From an uncultured Bacilli bacterium (GTDB lineage: Bacteria; Bacillota_I; Bacilli_A; RF39; UBA660), in assembly GCA_944363715.1 (NCBI GenBank), contig CALVUX010000004.1:5140-69139 (forward strand): DNA of 64,000 bases, in the 5' to 3' direction. The position numbers and the translations under genes were made by a program. This document shows positions 55,583-64,000 of the stretch, in pieces (position 1 is the first letter of the stretch; the number at the start of each line of letters is the position of its first letter). Below the pieces are notes generated by a model, which saw only the letters and a list, made by a program, of their open reading frames with translations, had not been told where the DNA came from and searched no databases.

Positions 55583-55939
55583 ATGGGTAGTAAAGAATAT
55601 TATTATGTACCAGTTTATGTTATGCTTGCAGAAGATTTTGTTTGTGGAAAGGTTGATTTTAAGTTTTTAGATAAGATAATAGTATCTGAAACTAAAAATG
55701 GTTATCAAGAGTTAAATGGCTTTAATAATTTTGTTATGTTGAGGTCAGAAAGAGATGAAAGTAATAGATTAAATATTACTAACTATGATGAATGTTTGTA
55801 TCTAAACTGTGATGATTTTATTGAAGAAAATAGAGTAGTAATTAATGATACCTTTAATAGGGATAGTTATGTTAAAGATAATTTTGATAATTTCGTAAAG
55901 GTGAAAAGGGGAAAAGTAAAAGTTTTTGGAGGAAAATAG
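55583..55939 (+). CDS. Hypothetical small protein (118 aa)
   Basis: ORF with RBS AAGGAG. Shares a GFNNF-containing N-terminal pattern with the next ORF. Confidence 0.45.
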   Translation: MGSKEYYYVPVYVMLAEDFVCGKVDFKFLDKIIVSETKNGYQELNGFNNFVMLRSERDESNRLNITNYDECLYLNCDDFIEENRVVINDTFNRDSYVKDNFDNFVKVKRGKVKVFGGK

Positions 55940-55960
55940 ACGAAAACAAGAATTTATAAA

Positions 55961-56392
55961 GTGCCTTTTTATGTTATAACAAAAGAGTTAGCAGATTATT
56001 TTTGCGAAGATTCTGGTTTTGTAGTAGTTAAAAAGAATATTTTTGGGAGTAATAAGGAAATATTTACAGGATTTAATAATTTTTATAATGTAGATTATAT
56101 TGATTATGACAGTTCTAATTATAGATTATGTGGTAAACAAAAATTAAACTATAATACAGATTATTATTGGAAAACTAAAGAGCATGACTTTGCTCTTGCT
56201 CTTCAAAATAGTGATTTTAAAGATAAAAATTTGGCAACTTTAAAAGATATAGAAGAGTGGGAACAAAATTTTAAAACTAGTGAGTTTTATAAGTACTATC
56301 AACAAATGCATATATTTGATAAAGATGAGAAGAAAGCAATAAGAGATAAAGTTAAAAGTATAAGTAAGAGGCGATTTGATGGAAAATTTTGA
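55961..56392 (+). CDS. Hypothetical small protein (143 aa), possible paralogue of the preceding ORF
   Basis: GTG start. PFYVITKELADYFCED...TGFNNFYNV compares with PVYVMLAEDFVCG...NGFNNFVML. Confidence 0.4.
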   Translation: MPFYVITKELADYFCEDSGFVVVKKNIFGSNKEIFTGFNNFYNVDYIDYDSSNYRLCGKQKLNYNTDYYWKTKEHDFALALQNSDFKDKNLATLKDIEEWEQNFKTSEFYKYYQQMHIFDKDEKKAIRDKVKSISKRRFDGKF

Positions 56393-57503
56393 GAAAGCTA
56401 AAGAGAATTTTTTAAGCAAAGAAAAAAACTTAAGTTCTTATGCTACTAAAAGTAGTGATGCTATTAGGTTTAAAGAGGAAAATGAAGATATTAGGCCTCC
56501 ATTTTTTCATGATATAGATAGAATAATTCACTCTTTATCTTATACAAGATACTTAAATAAGACTCAAGTTTATACTCTTAATTCTAATGATCATGTTAGT
56601 AGAAGAATTACTCATGTACAATTGGTTAGTAAAATTGCAAGAACAATAGGTAGGGCTTTAAACTTAAATGAAGACTTAATAGAAGCGATTGCCTTAGGTC
56701 ATGATATTGGCCATACTCCTTTAGGACATGCTGGGGAAGCGATATTAAATAGACTATCACTTAAAGAACTAGGAGAATATTTCGCTCATAATATCCAGGG
56801 AGTAAGATACTATATGAATGTAGCAACTGATGGGAAAGGACTTAATTTAACACTACAAACATTGGATGGTATTATGACTCATAATGGAGAGATGTTAAGC
56901 CCTATATATGAACCAATGAAGAAGGATAAGGATGAGTTTTTAAGGGAGTATAATGAAAGTTATAAAGACTTAAAGAAATCTAAAACTTATCGTCCTATGA
57001 CTTTAGAAGGTTGTGTAGTTAGAATTAGTGATATTATAGGATATATTGGTAGAGATATTGAAGATGCTATTATGATAGATAGATTTAAAAGAAGTGATAT
57101 ACCTAAAGAAATAAGAGAAGTACTTGGTGATAACAATAGAGATATTGTTAATACTATTGTCTTAGACATAATTAACGAAAGTATAGATAAACCTTATATT
57201 AAGATGAGTGATAAAGTCTATAATTCTCTATTTGCCTTAAAGAAATTTAATAATGATAATATTTATAGTAAGTCTATGACTAAAGAAGAATTAGATTATT
57301 ATGAAATAGGTATTAACAAACTATATAATATCTATTTAGAAGATATTAAATCTAATAATAAAGAGAGTATTATTTATAAAATATTTTTGAATCATCAAGA
57401 TAAATCATATATAGAATCCACTAATATAAAAAGACAAGTAATAGACTTTATCGCTGGTATGACTGATGACTTTTTAGTAAGAGAGATTAAGAAATATGAG
57501 TAG
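56379..57503 (+). CDS. HD-domain dGTPase-like (dNTP triphosphohydrolase family) protein
   Basis: RRITHVQLVSKIARTIG...NEDLIEAIALGHDIGHTPLGHAGE and a C-terminal AGMTDDF. Confidence 0.8.
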   Translation: MENFEKAKENFLSKEKNLSSYATKSSDAIRFKEENEDIRPPFFHDIDRIIHSLSYTRYLNKTQVYTLNSNDHVSRRITHVQLVSKIARTIGRALNLNEDLIEAIALGHDIGHTPLGHAGEAILNRLSLKELGEYFAHNIQGVRYYMNVATDGKGLNLTLQTLDGIMTHNGEMLSPIYEPMKKDKDEFLREYNESYKDLKKSKTYRPMTLEGCVVRISDIIGYIGRDIEDAIMIDRFKRSDIPKEIREVLGDNNRDIVNTIVLDIINESIDKPYIKMSDKVYNSLFALKKFNNDNIYSKSMTKEELDYYEIGINKLYNIYLEDIKSNNKESIIYKIFLNHQDKSYIESTNIKRQVIDFIAGMTDDFLVREIKKYE

Positions 57504-58275
57504 AGTGTTAGAATGTAGTACTTTAGAAAAAGATATATTAACTAAAGCAAAAAGAAATGTTAGAGATAAGAAAGTTACTCTTGCAATCATCAGTTTTAAT
57601 GACTCTAAATATTGTGAGTTACTAATAGATAAATGTCTTGATTTAGATATATATTTTAGACATTATAAACTAGATAATTCTAATACAAAAGAAGTTATTT
57701 CTTTAATAGATGAATTAAATAAAGATAATGATATAACTGGTATTTTATTAGTAGAGCCTATACCTAAAAATATTGATAAATATTCTTGTTATGAAAAGAT
57801 AGACATAAATAAAGATATAGATGGAGTAAATCCTCTTAATCAGTATTATTTATCTATTAATAGACCTAAAATAATTAATTCAACTGTACTTGCAGTTATA
57901 AAGATATTAGAGTTTTATAATATCTCTTTAAGTGGTAAAAATGTTACTATTATTGGAAGAAGTTATAATTTATCTAAGCCTCTTGCAAGTTACTTAATAA
58001 ATAGGGATGCAACGGTTAGTATGTGTCACTCTAAGACTAAAGATTTAGTTAGTATTTTAAAAAAAAGTGATATTGTGGTAAGTGCAACTGGTGTTAGTAA
58101 TCTTTTTAAAAGTAGTGATTTAAAAGATGAATGTGTTGTTATAGATGTAGGACTAGGAGATGTTTTAATAGATAGTGATACTGTTAGTTATACTCCGAGA
58201 TTTAAAGGAATAGGCCCTTTATCAATCGCATGTCTATTAGAATATTTAGTTGCTACTTGTAAAGATAAAAAATAA
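57496..58275 (+). CDS. FolD-like methylenetetrahydrofolate dehydrogenase/cyclohydrolase (short, divergent)
   Basis: ITGILLVEPIPKNID, DIDGVNPLN, GKNVTIIGRSYNLSKPLASYL and ATVSMCHSKTKDL parallel FolD motifs. Confidence 0.65.
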   Translation: MSRVLECSTLEKDILTKAKRNVRDKKVTLAIISFNDSKYCELLIDKCLDLDIYFRHYKLDNSNTKEVISLIDELNKDNDITGILLVEPIPKNIDKYSCYEKIDINKDIDGVNPLNQYYLSINRPKIINSTVLAVIKILEFYNISLSGKNVTIIGRSYNLSKPLASYLINRDATVSMCHSKTKDLVSILKKSDIVVSATGVSNLFKSSDLKDECVVIDVGLGDVLIDSDTVSYTPRFKGIGPLSIACLLEYLVATCKDKK

Positions 58276-58309
58276 AAATTATAATAGATATGGAAAGAAG
58301 GTATGTTTA

Positions 58310-58681
58310 ATGAAAATTTATGTATGTAAAAAATGTGGAAATGTTGTTTTAAAATTAGAAGATAAGAGCGAGGCTCTAGTATGTTGTGGAGATAAAATGG
58401 AATTAGTTGATGCTAATACTGTTGATGCTGCTACTGAGAAGCATTTACCAGTTTATGAGATTAAAGAAGGAATGATTAATGTTAAAGTAGGAGAAGTAGA
58501 GCATCCAATGACTGATGAGCATTATATTTCTTTTATAATCCTTGCAAGTGATGATAATTATATGATTAAGATGTTAAAAGCAGGAGATAAACCAGAAGTA
58601 AGTTTTCCTTATAGTAGCGAATATAATAAAATCTATGCTTATTGTAATCTACATAGTCTTTGGCTTACTGAAATTAAATAA
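58310..58681 (+). CDS. dfx: Desulfoferrodoxin (superoxide reductase, 2Fe-SOR)
   Basis: Centre I CKKCGN...CCG. Centre II ligands EKH, EHPM, EH and CNLH. ATG at 58310 is preferred over the upstream ORF-track start. Confidence 0.85.
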   Translation: MKIYVCKKCGNVVLKLEDKSEALVCCGDKMELVDANTVDAATEKHLPVYEIKEGMINVKVGEVEHPMTDEHYISFIILASDDNYMIKMLKAGDKPEVSFPYSSEYNKIYAYCNLHSLWLTEIK

Positions 58682-58766
58682 TTATGATGGAATAAAGGAG
58701 TTTTTAATACCTATTGAAGATTGATATTTGTTATGATTTATGCTATAGTTTGGGCAAGGAGGAATT

Positions 58767-59324
58767 ATGGAAAATTATACTAAAGTAGATGTTTTAACAT
58801 ATGTAAAAAATGGATTAGAAAGTGGTACTTTAGTGCCAATACAAGCTGAGAAGTTTGCTAGAATAATGGCTAGACCAGGTACAATTGGTGAAGAAGTTAT
58901 ATCGTGGAGCGTAGATTCTGTAGGAAATGAAATCAAAGAAAAAGTTGATACTGTAAGTTTAGATGAAGACACAAATAATCCTGGATGGATTGTTACAAAA
59001 ACTGATGAAAATGGTAACATAGTATTAGATAGTAATGGTCATAGTAATGAATGGATTATTTCTGATTCAACCTTTAAGAAGAAATATGAAATTGATGGAG
59101 ATAATCCAACTTTATTTAAACCTAAAGGAGGAGTACAGACTTTTGTTCAGATTCCGGATAATATAATTTTAAATCAATGGGGATCTGATATGATGATTGC
59201 TGCTGGTGGATATATTAATATAACTAATATAGATGATATGTATGGTATTTCTAAGAGAGATTTTGAAGATACATATAAAGTTGTAAATGCTGATGAAGTA
59301 GAAAAAAAGGGACCAACTTTATAA
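58767..59324 (+). CDS. Hypothetical protein (185 aa)
   Basis: ORF with RBS AAGGAGG. No firm motif. Confidence 0.45.
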   Translation: MENYTKVDVLTYVKNGLESGTLVPIQAEKFARIMARPGTIGEEVISWSVDSVGNEIKEKVDTVSLDEDTNNPGWIVTKTDENGNIVLDSNGHSNEWIISDSTFKKKYEIDGDNPTLFKPKGGVQTFVQIPDNIILNQWGSDMMIAAGGYINITNIDDMYGISKRDFEDTYKVVNADEVEKKGPTL

Positions 59325-59334
59325 TTGTTAAGAG

Positions 59335-59376
59335 AAACTGACAAAAGATGAAATATAAATGTCAGTTTTTTCTTTT
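59335..59376 (+). terminator. Rho-independent terminator
   Basis: AAACTGACA / TGTCAGTTT stem followed by TTTTCTTTT. Confidence 0.8.
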
Positions 59377-59567
59377 GCTTTCATGTTAAACTTCACTAGA
59401 GGGTGGGTTATATGATATTATAAGAAATATTGTATTTGTAATATGCAATATGAGAAGTGCGAATACTTTGCTATAAAAAAAGTTAATAATAGAGTGGGCT
59501 GTTAATTTTTAGTATCAATTTAAAGTGTATAGCATACTATATCTAGTAGTAATTTCTAAAAAAATAC

Positions 59568-59596
59568 TTGCTATTTTCTTTAAACTGTGCTAAAAT
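59568..59596 (+). promoter_or_regulatory. Sigma-A promoter upstream of greA
   Basis: TTGCTA, 17-nt spacer, then TAAAAT with a TGn extension. Confidence 0.6.
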
Positions 59597-59656
59597 TTTA
59601 CTCGTATTATGGTTAGGGGAGCCTAGCTAGTTTATATTAATTTTGAGGTGATTACA

Positions 59657-60130
59657 ATGGGAAACAAAAAAACAGTTTATTTAACAGAAGAGGGACTTAA
59701 TGATTTAAAAAATGAATTAAGTGAATTAATAAATGAAAAAAGGCCTGCTAATATTCAGGCTATTAAGGAGGCTCGTAGTTTAGGAGATTTATCTGAGAAT
59801 GCTGACTATGATGCTGCTAAAAATGAACAGGCTCAAATTGAAGGTAGAATTAAAACTATTGAGAAGATGCTTGAAAATGTAGAGATTATTAAAGATATTC
59901 CTAAAGATGTAGTTGGTCTTGGTAGCACAGTTTCTATTAAGTATGTAGATGATGAAGATGATACAGATGAATACCAAATTGTAGGTAGTCAAGAAGCAGA
60001 TCCTTTTGAAGGAAGAATCTCTAATGAAAGTCCTATCGCTAAAGCATTACTTAACCATAAAGTAGGTGATGTTATTACAGTAGAAAGTCCTAATGGAAGT
60101 TATGAAGTTGAAATAACTGAAATAAAATAG
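59657..60130 (+). CDS. greA: Transcription elongation factor GreA
   Basis: YLTEEGLNDLKNEL...ARSLGDLSENADYDAAKNEQAQIEGRI...SNESPIAKALLNHKVGD. Confidence 0.95.
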   Translation: MGNKKTVYLTEEGLNDLKNELSELINEKRPANIQAIKEARSLGDLSENADYDAAKNEQAQIEGRIKTIEKMLENVEIIKDIPKDVVGLGSTVSIKYVDDEDDTDEYQIVGSQEADPFEGRISNESPIAKALLNHKVGDVITVESPNGSYEVEITEIK

Positions 60131-60171
60131 TCCATAGGGCTTTTTATTTCAAAAAAAGAAGAAAGATTTTT

Positions 60172-60357
60172 TTATCTTCCTCTATATGGATATCTATATA
60201 AATAATATGGTGGATATACTTGATAAACTGGAATAGGGTACATTGGATAATAATTAGGTCTATTATTACTTCCTAGTCCATATCCTATAACACCACCAAT
60301 TATTAAAGGAATGAAACCATTTCTATTATTATTTGGATATATTGGTCTATTGTACAT
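60172..60357 (-). CDS. Small Pro/Tyr/Asn-rich protein with one central Gly-rich hydrophobic segment (61 aa)
   Basis: Strong RBS AAGGAGGAG 6 nt upstream. Composition YPNNNRNG...IIGGVIGYGLG...YYPMYPIPVYQVYPPYYLYRYPYRGR. Confidence 0.55.
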   Translation of the reverse strand: MYNRPIYPNNNRNGFIPLIIGGVIGYGLGSNNRPNYYPMYPIPVYQVYPPYYLYRYPYRGR

Positions 60358-60491
60358 GACTTTCTCCTCCTTTATAATAGTTTATGGTTAATTGTGTAAT
60401 GTGGAGGTTTTTCTGCCTAAAAAATTGTAAACTATTATTTTCATTTTTTTAAGATTGTGTTACAATTAACTTAAGTTAGAGGTGATTAGAG

Positions 60492-60995
60492 ATGAAAAGT
60501 AAAAAGAAACAAAAAAAGAATTATGTAGTATTAGTTGTTATATATGCTGTAGTGATAGTTTTAGTGTTGTACTTAGCTAGTTGGTATAATACTTATAAAA
60601 CTTATCAGAATGAAATACCTGTTTTAAAAGATGTAGTTTCTGAGATTAGTCCTTCAGAATTTGAACATTATTTAACAGAAAATCCATCACCAGTTTTGTA
60701 TTTATGTGCTGCTAGTGATAGTGAATGTAGAGAGTTTGAAGAGACAATTAAATCACCTTTGGAAAAGAATAATTATGAAAATTTAGTTTATATTAATTTA
60801 GAAGATGTAGAAGATAAGGAAACTTATATAAAGGGATTGCTTGAAGGAACTGATTTTACTATTGGTCGTACTCCATGTTTAATTAAATTTACTGATGGAA
60901 AAGTTACAGCAGTAGAGGATGGACTTAATGGAGCATTGTTAACAAGAGATGAAGCTTTAAGCTTTCTTGATATTAATGATAAAGCAGGACAATAA
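60492..60995 (+). CDS. Membrane-anchored protein with a possible thioredoxin-like fold (no CxxC)
   Basis: N-terminal TM segment. Ectodomain pattern PVLYLCAASDSEC...TPCLIKFTDGKV resembles a Trx fold. Weak. Confidence 0.4.
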   Translation: MKSKKKQKKNYVVLVVIYAVVIVLVLYLASWYNTYKTYQNEIPVLKDVVSEISPSEFEHYLTENPSPVLYLCAASDSECREFEETIKSPLEKNNYENLVYINLEDVEDKETYIKGLLEGTDFTIGRTPCLIKFTDGKVTAVEDGLNGALLTRDEALSFLDINDKAGQ

Positions 60996-61025
60996 GTCTT
61001 GTTTTAGTTTAGGAGGATATTTGTT

Positions 61026-61547
61026 ATGAATCATATTGTTTTATTTGAACCTGAAATACCACAAAATACTGGTAATATTATGAGAACTTGTGTTGCTACT
61101 AATACAAAATTACATTTAATTAAACCATTAGGATTTTCTTTAGATGAGGCTCATTTAAGAAGAAGTGCAGTTAATTATATAGATAAGCTAGATTATGTTG
61201 TATATGAGAATTGGGATGATTTTACATCTAAAAATAAGGGTGTTTATTACTATTTAACTAGATATGGAAGAGTTCCTCATACTAGTTTTGATTATAGTAA
61301 TAAAGATAATTTAGACTTATATTTTATCTTTGGAAAAGAGTCTACTGGTATTCCTAAAGAAATATTAAAAAATGACTTATCTCATTGCCTTAGAATACCA
61401 ATGACATCTAATGTTAGAGCATTAAATATTTCTAATAGTGTTGCTATTGTTATATATGAAGCCTTAAGACAACAAAATTTTAATGATTTATTAAGAGAAG
61501 AACCGGAAGGAGGTCCTTTTAAAGGGGCAGATTATTTAGAAAGATAA
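61026..61547 (+). CDS. trmL: tRNA (cytidine/uridine-34-2'-O)-methyltransferase TrmL (SpoU/TrmH family, YibK/CspR type)
   Basis: IVLFEPEIPQNTGNIMRTCVAT..., LIFGKESTGIP and RIPM...RALNISNSVAIVIYEALRQ. Confidence 0.85.
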   Translation: MNHIVLFEPEIPQNTGNIMRTCVATNTKLHLIKPLGFSLDEAHLRRSAVNYIDKLDYVVYENWDDFTSKNKGVYYYLTRYGRVPHTSFDYSNKDNLDLYFIFGKESTGIPKEILKNDLSHCLRIPMTSNVRALNISNSVAIVIYEALRQQNFNDLLREEPEGGPFKGADYLER

Positions 61548-61577
61548 GTAGTCATTAATTGTGATACAAAAAAATGT

Positions 61578-61606
61578 TTGACAAATTATCAAAAATATGG
61601 TAATAT
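61578..61606 (+). promoter_or_regulatory. Sigma-A promoter
   Basis: TTGACA, 17-nt spacer, then TAATAT with a TGn extension. Confidence 0.65.
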
Positions 61607-61635
61607 ATCAGCACGCAGTAAGAAAGGAGCAATTA

Positions 61636-61911
61636 ATGACTAACTACCAAATAAGAGAAAAGTCATATACTGAGGCTTTGGCATCAGCACGTGTAGGAGG
61701 TAATTTAGCTAATAGTTTAGTTAAAACTATGTCCAATATGACAACTCAAATTGCAACTACTGTAGATAATACTAACGAAGATATTACAAAACAAGAAACT
61801 CAGAGTTTTGATTTAGCATATTTCCAAGGACACGCTAGTAAGCAAAAGTCTAAAAATTTGGATTATATGAAAAAACAAGCTAGTATGCATTATAGTAATA
61901 AAAAAAGATAA
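61636..61911 (+). CDS. Hypothetical small protein (91 aa)
   Basis: ATG at 61636 lies 8 nt after AAAGGAG. No motif recognised. Confidence 0.45.
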   Translation: MTNYQIREKSYTEALASARVGGNLANSLVKTMSNMTTQIATTVDNTNEDITKQETQSFDLAYFQGHASKQKSKNLDYMKKQASMHYSNKKR

Positions 61912-61936
61912 TCGTTTGTGGTGATTATCTTTTTTC
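61907..61936. terminator. Bidirectional terminator hairpin
   Basis: GATAATC-n9-GATTATC followed by TTTTTT. Lies between convergent genes. Confidence 0.7.
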
Positions 61937-61938
61937 TT

Positions 61939-62121
61939 TTAAGCAGCTTGCTTATCTTGTTTTCTTAAACTTCTAATTTCTCTTGCACTCATTCTAATTT
62001 TAGTTCCATCTTCAAGTCTAATTACTTGTAAATTTGGTTTTTGTTGTCTTTTAGTAGCATTTAAAGCATGTGATCTACTATTTCCAGTTAAAGGCTTTTT
62101 GCTAGTAACTTTCTTTGCCAT
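61939..62121 (-). CDS. rpmB: 50S ribosomal protein L28
   Basis: MAKKVTSKKPLTGNSRSHALNATKRQQKPNLQ... is canonical L28. Confidence 0.95.
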   Translation of the reverse strand: MAKKVTSKKPLTGNSRSHALNATKRQQKPNLQVIRLEDGTKIRMSAREIRSLRKQDKQAA

Positions 62122-62256
62122 AATAATTCCTCCTTTACTAAACGTTTCTGCTTTATAACTTTATCATAAATATAACACAAAGTCAAATAAAATCGCATAA
62201 ATTTATTGACTCACATACATCTGTATGATATAAATGAAGAGAGGAGAGTGATTATT

Positions 62257-63999
62257 ATGTATAATATGTTATATGTTAAGAGTAATTACTCTTTACTTTC
62301 AAGTCTTTTAACAATAGATGATATTATAGATTATAATATAAAAAATAATAGAACTAATGCTGTTATTTGTGATGATAATATGTATGGAACAATGGAGTTT
62401 ATTAAGAAGTGTAATCTTAAGAAAATAAAGCCTGTTGTTGGACTAGAAGTGTCTTTTGATAATTATAAAATATTACTTTATATTAAAAACTATCAGGGAT
62501 ATCTTAATCTAATAAAAATATGTACAAGAGTAAATGATAATAGTATTACAATAGATGATATTATTAAATATAAAGATAATCTCTTCCTTTTAGTGCCTTT
62601 TGATAGTTTAAATTTCTATTTAGAACATAAAGATAAATTTACGGATATTTATCTTGGCTTTAGTAATAAGAAAGAGGAAAGTGAGGCTTTAGTTATTACT
62701 AAAGATATAGTTTATTTAAAACCATGCTTATATAAGAGTAAAGAAGATAGTGATTATTTAAAATATCTTTATTTAATTAGAGATGGTAAGACTCTTAATG
62801 ATAATATTAGTTATGATACTTTAAATAAAGAATTAGAAGTTACTGATATTATTAATACTTATGAAAATATAGGACTACTTAATACTTTAAAAATAGTAGA
62901 TGAATGTAATTTAGAGTTTCCTAAACCTAGTTTATTACTACCTATATATGAATGTCCTAAGGATGTAGATTCTTCTATTTATTTAATGAGTCTTGCTAAA
63001 GCAGGATTATCTAAAAGACTTAATAATAATGTTACTAAAGATTATCTTGATAGATTAGGGTATGAACTTAATATCATTAATAATATGGGATTTGCTAATT
63101 ACTTTCTTGTTGTTTATGATTTTATTAGATATGCTAAAAAGAAAGGAATATTAGTAGGACCTGGTAGGGGTAGTGCAGCTGGTTCTTTAGTAGCATATTC
63201 TCTTGGTATTACGGAAATAGATCCCTTAAAATATAACTTACTATTTGAAAGATTCTTAAATCCAGAACGTAAGACTATGCCTGATATTGATACAGATATA
63301 CCTGATATTTATAGAGATGATATTATTAATTATGTTACTGATAAATATGGTAAAAAAAGAGTATCTGGTATTGTTACATTTGGAACTCTTGCTGCTAAAC
63401 AAGTATTAAGAGATGTATCTCGTATATTTAGTGTCCCTTTATATAAAGTAGATAGACTAACATCTTTTATACCTGTTATGTCTCATAAGAAGTTAGATGA
63501 ATTTTATAGAGAAAATGAGAAGTTTAGAGCATATATAAACAGTGACGAAACATTATCTAAAGTCTATAAAATCGCTTCTATTATCGAAGGATTTCCAAGA
63601 CAGATTGGAACACATGCTGCCGGTATTGTTATGTGTAAGAAGGACTTGGATGAAGTTATTCCTTTAACTAAAGGTGATGATATGTACTTAACAGGATATT
63701 CTATGAACTATTTAGAAGAGTTAGGTCTATTAAAAATGGATTTTCTAGGAATTAGAAATCTTACTATTATCATGAATGTAATGGATATGGTTTATAAAAC
63801 TAGAGGTGAAAGAATAGAGTTTAATGATATTCCTCTAGATGATAACGAGGTTTATAGATTATTTGCAAATAGTGATACTAGTGGTATCTTTCAATTTGAA
63901 TCTAATGGAATGAGAGGTTTCTTAAGAAAGCTTAAACCTGGTAGTTTTGATGATTTAATCGCAGCGATTGCTCTATTTAGACCTGGTCCTGCTGAAAAT
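62257..63999 (+). CDS. dnaE: DNA polymerase III alpha subunit DnaE, 5' part (runs off the window)
   Basis: Not in the ORF track because no stop occurs before the window end. RBS GAGAGGAGAG. FANYFLVVYDFIRYAKKKGILVGPGRGSAAGSLVAYSLGITEIDPL...FERFLNPERKTMPDIDTDI. Confidence 0.9.
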   Translation, partial: MYNMLYVKSNYSLLSSLLTIDDIIDYNIKNNRTNAVICDDNMYGTMEFIKKCNLKKIKPVVGLEVSFDNYKILLYIKNYQGYLNLIKICTRVNDNSITIDDIIKYKDNLFLLVPFDSLNFYLEHKDKFTDIYLGFSNKKEESEALVITKDIVYLKPCLYKSKEDSDYLKYLYLIRDGKTLNDNISYDTLNKELEVTDIINTYENIGLLNTLKIVDECNLEFPKPSLLLPIYECPKDVDSSIYLMSLAKAGLSKRLNNNVTKDYLDRLGYELNIINNMGFANYFLVVYDFIRYAKKKGILVGPGRGSAAGSLVAYSLGITEIDPLKYNLLFERFLNPERKTMPDIDTDIPDIYRDDIINYVTDKYGKKRVSGIVTFGTLAAKQVLRDVSRIFSVPLYKVDRLTSFIPVMSHKKLDEFYRENEKFRAYINSDETLSKVYKIASIIEGFPRQIGTHAAGIVMCKKDLDEVIPLTKGDDMYLTGYSMNYLEELGLLKMDFLGIRNLTIIMNVMDMVYKTRGERIEFNDIPLDDNEVYRLFANSDTSGIFQFESNGMRGFLRKLKPGSFDDLIAAIALFRPGPAEN

Positions 64000-64000
64000 A

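Noticed and set aside
56379-57503. HD dGTPase-like gene as a dedicated anti-phage dNTP-depletion defence system
   Set aside because: The context is housekeeping (U32/TrhP-like pair, folD-like, dfx). There are no mobile-element or defence-island hallmarks. The family is also a common core-genome dNTPase. Only the odd small-ORF linkage is reported.
1-64000. Alternative genetic code (TGA = Trp), considered given the very low GC content
   Set aside because: Several well-supported genes terminate at TGA at family-typical lengths, and Trp is encoded by TGG throughout. The standard bacterial code fits.

Overview
AT-rich, low-GC Firmicutes-type chromosomal segment with the standard genetic code, GGAGG-type ribosome binding sites and sigma-A-like promoters. 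All domain calls come from motif recognition by eye; no searches were run.

Layout:
- 0.4-21 kb: a large cell-wall glycopolymer locus. It holds a GH25 muramidase with cell-wall-binding repeats, an aldolase plus KdsB-type cytidylyltransferase pair, a 921-aa two-domain coiled-coil glycosyltransferase, a TagGH/Wzm-Wzt-like ABC exporter, several GT2 enzymes, GT-C/Wzy-like membrane proteins, a GtrB-like enzyme and rmlA-rmlC-rmlD.
- 21-26.6 kb: an ABC-2 exporter, a lipoprotein, an intact 1.5-kb IS with a 17-bp target duplication, and an LDH-like gene.
- 26.7-29.1 kb: an orphan type IV pilus/Com-like ATPase with two pseudopilins.
- 29-39.3 kb: envelope genes. These are ylbJ/ylbL-like genes, an LCP-PASTA protein, a dockerin-bearing peptidoglycan hydrolase next to a membrane-anchored cohesin protein, and a phosphodiester glycosidase.
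- 39.3-43.4 kb: tRNA-Leu(GAG), then decayed accessory DNA and a three-gene zinc-ribbon membrane-protein operon.
- 43.7-64 kb: mostly housekeeping. It includes an SOS-boxed Y-family polymerase with yolD, sodA, a CaCA antiporter, ftsK, a U32 peptidase pair, an HD hydrolase, a folD-like gene, desulfoferrodoxin, greA, trmL, rpmB and the dnaE 5' part.

Most interesting items:
1. A possible ulosonic-acid (Kdo-like) capping and coiled-coil ruler system in a Gram-positive wall-polysaccharide locus.
2. A stand-alone promoter-to-terminator RNA unit at 45.7 kb, with two 49-nt repeats whose hairpin stems covary.
3. A cohesin-dockerin pair tethering a cell-wall hydrolase.

No CRISPR array, rRNA or prophage was seen.
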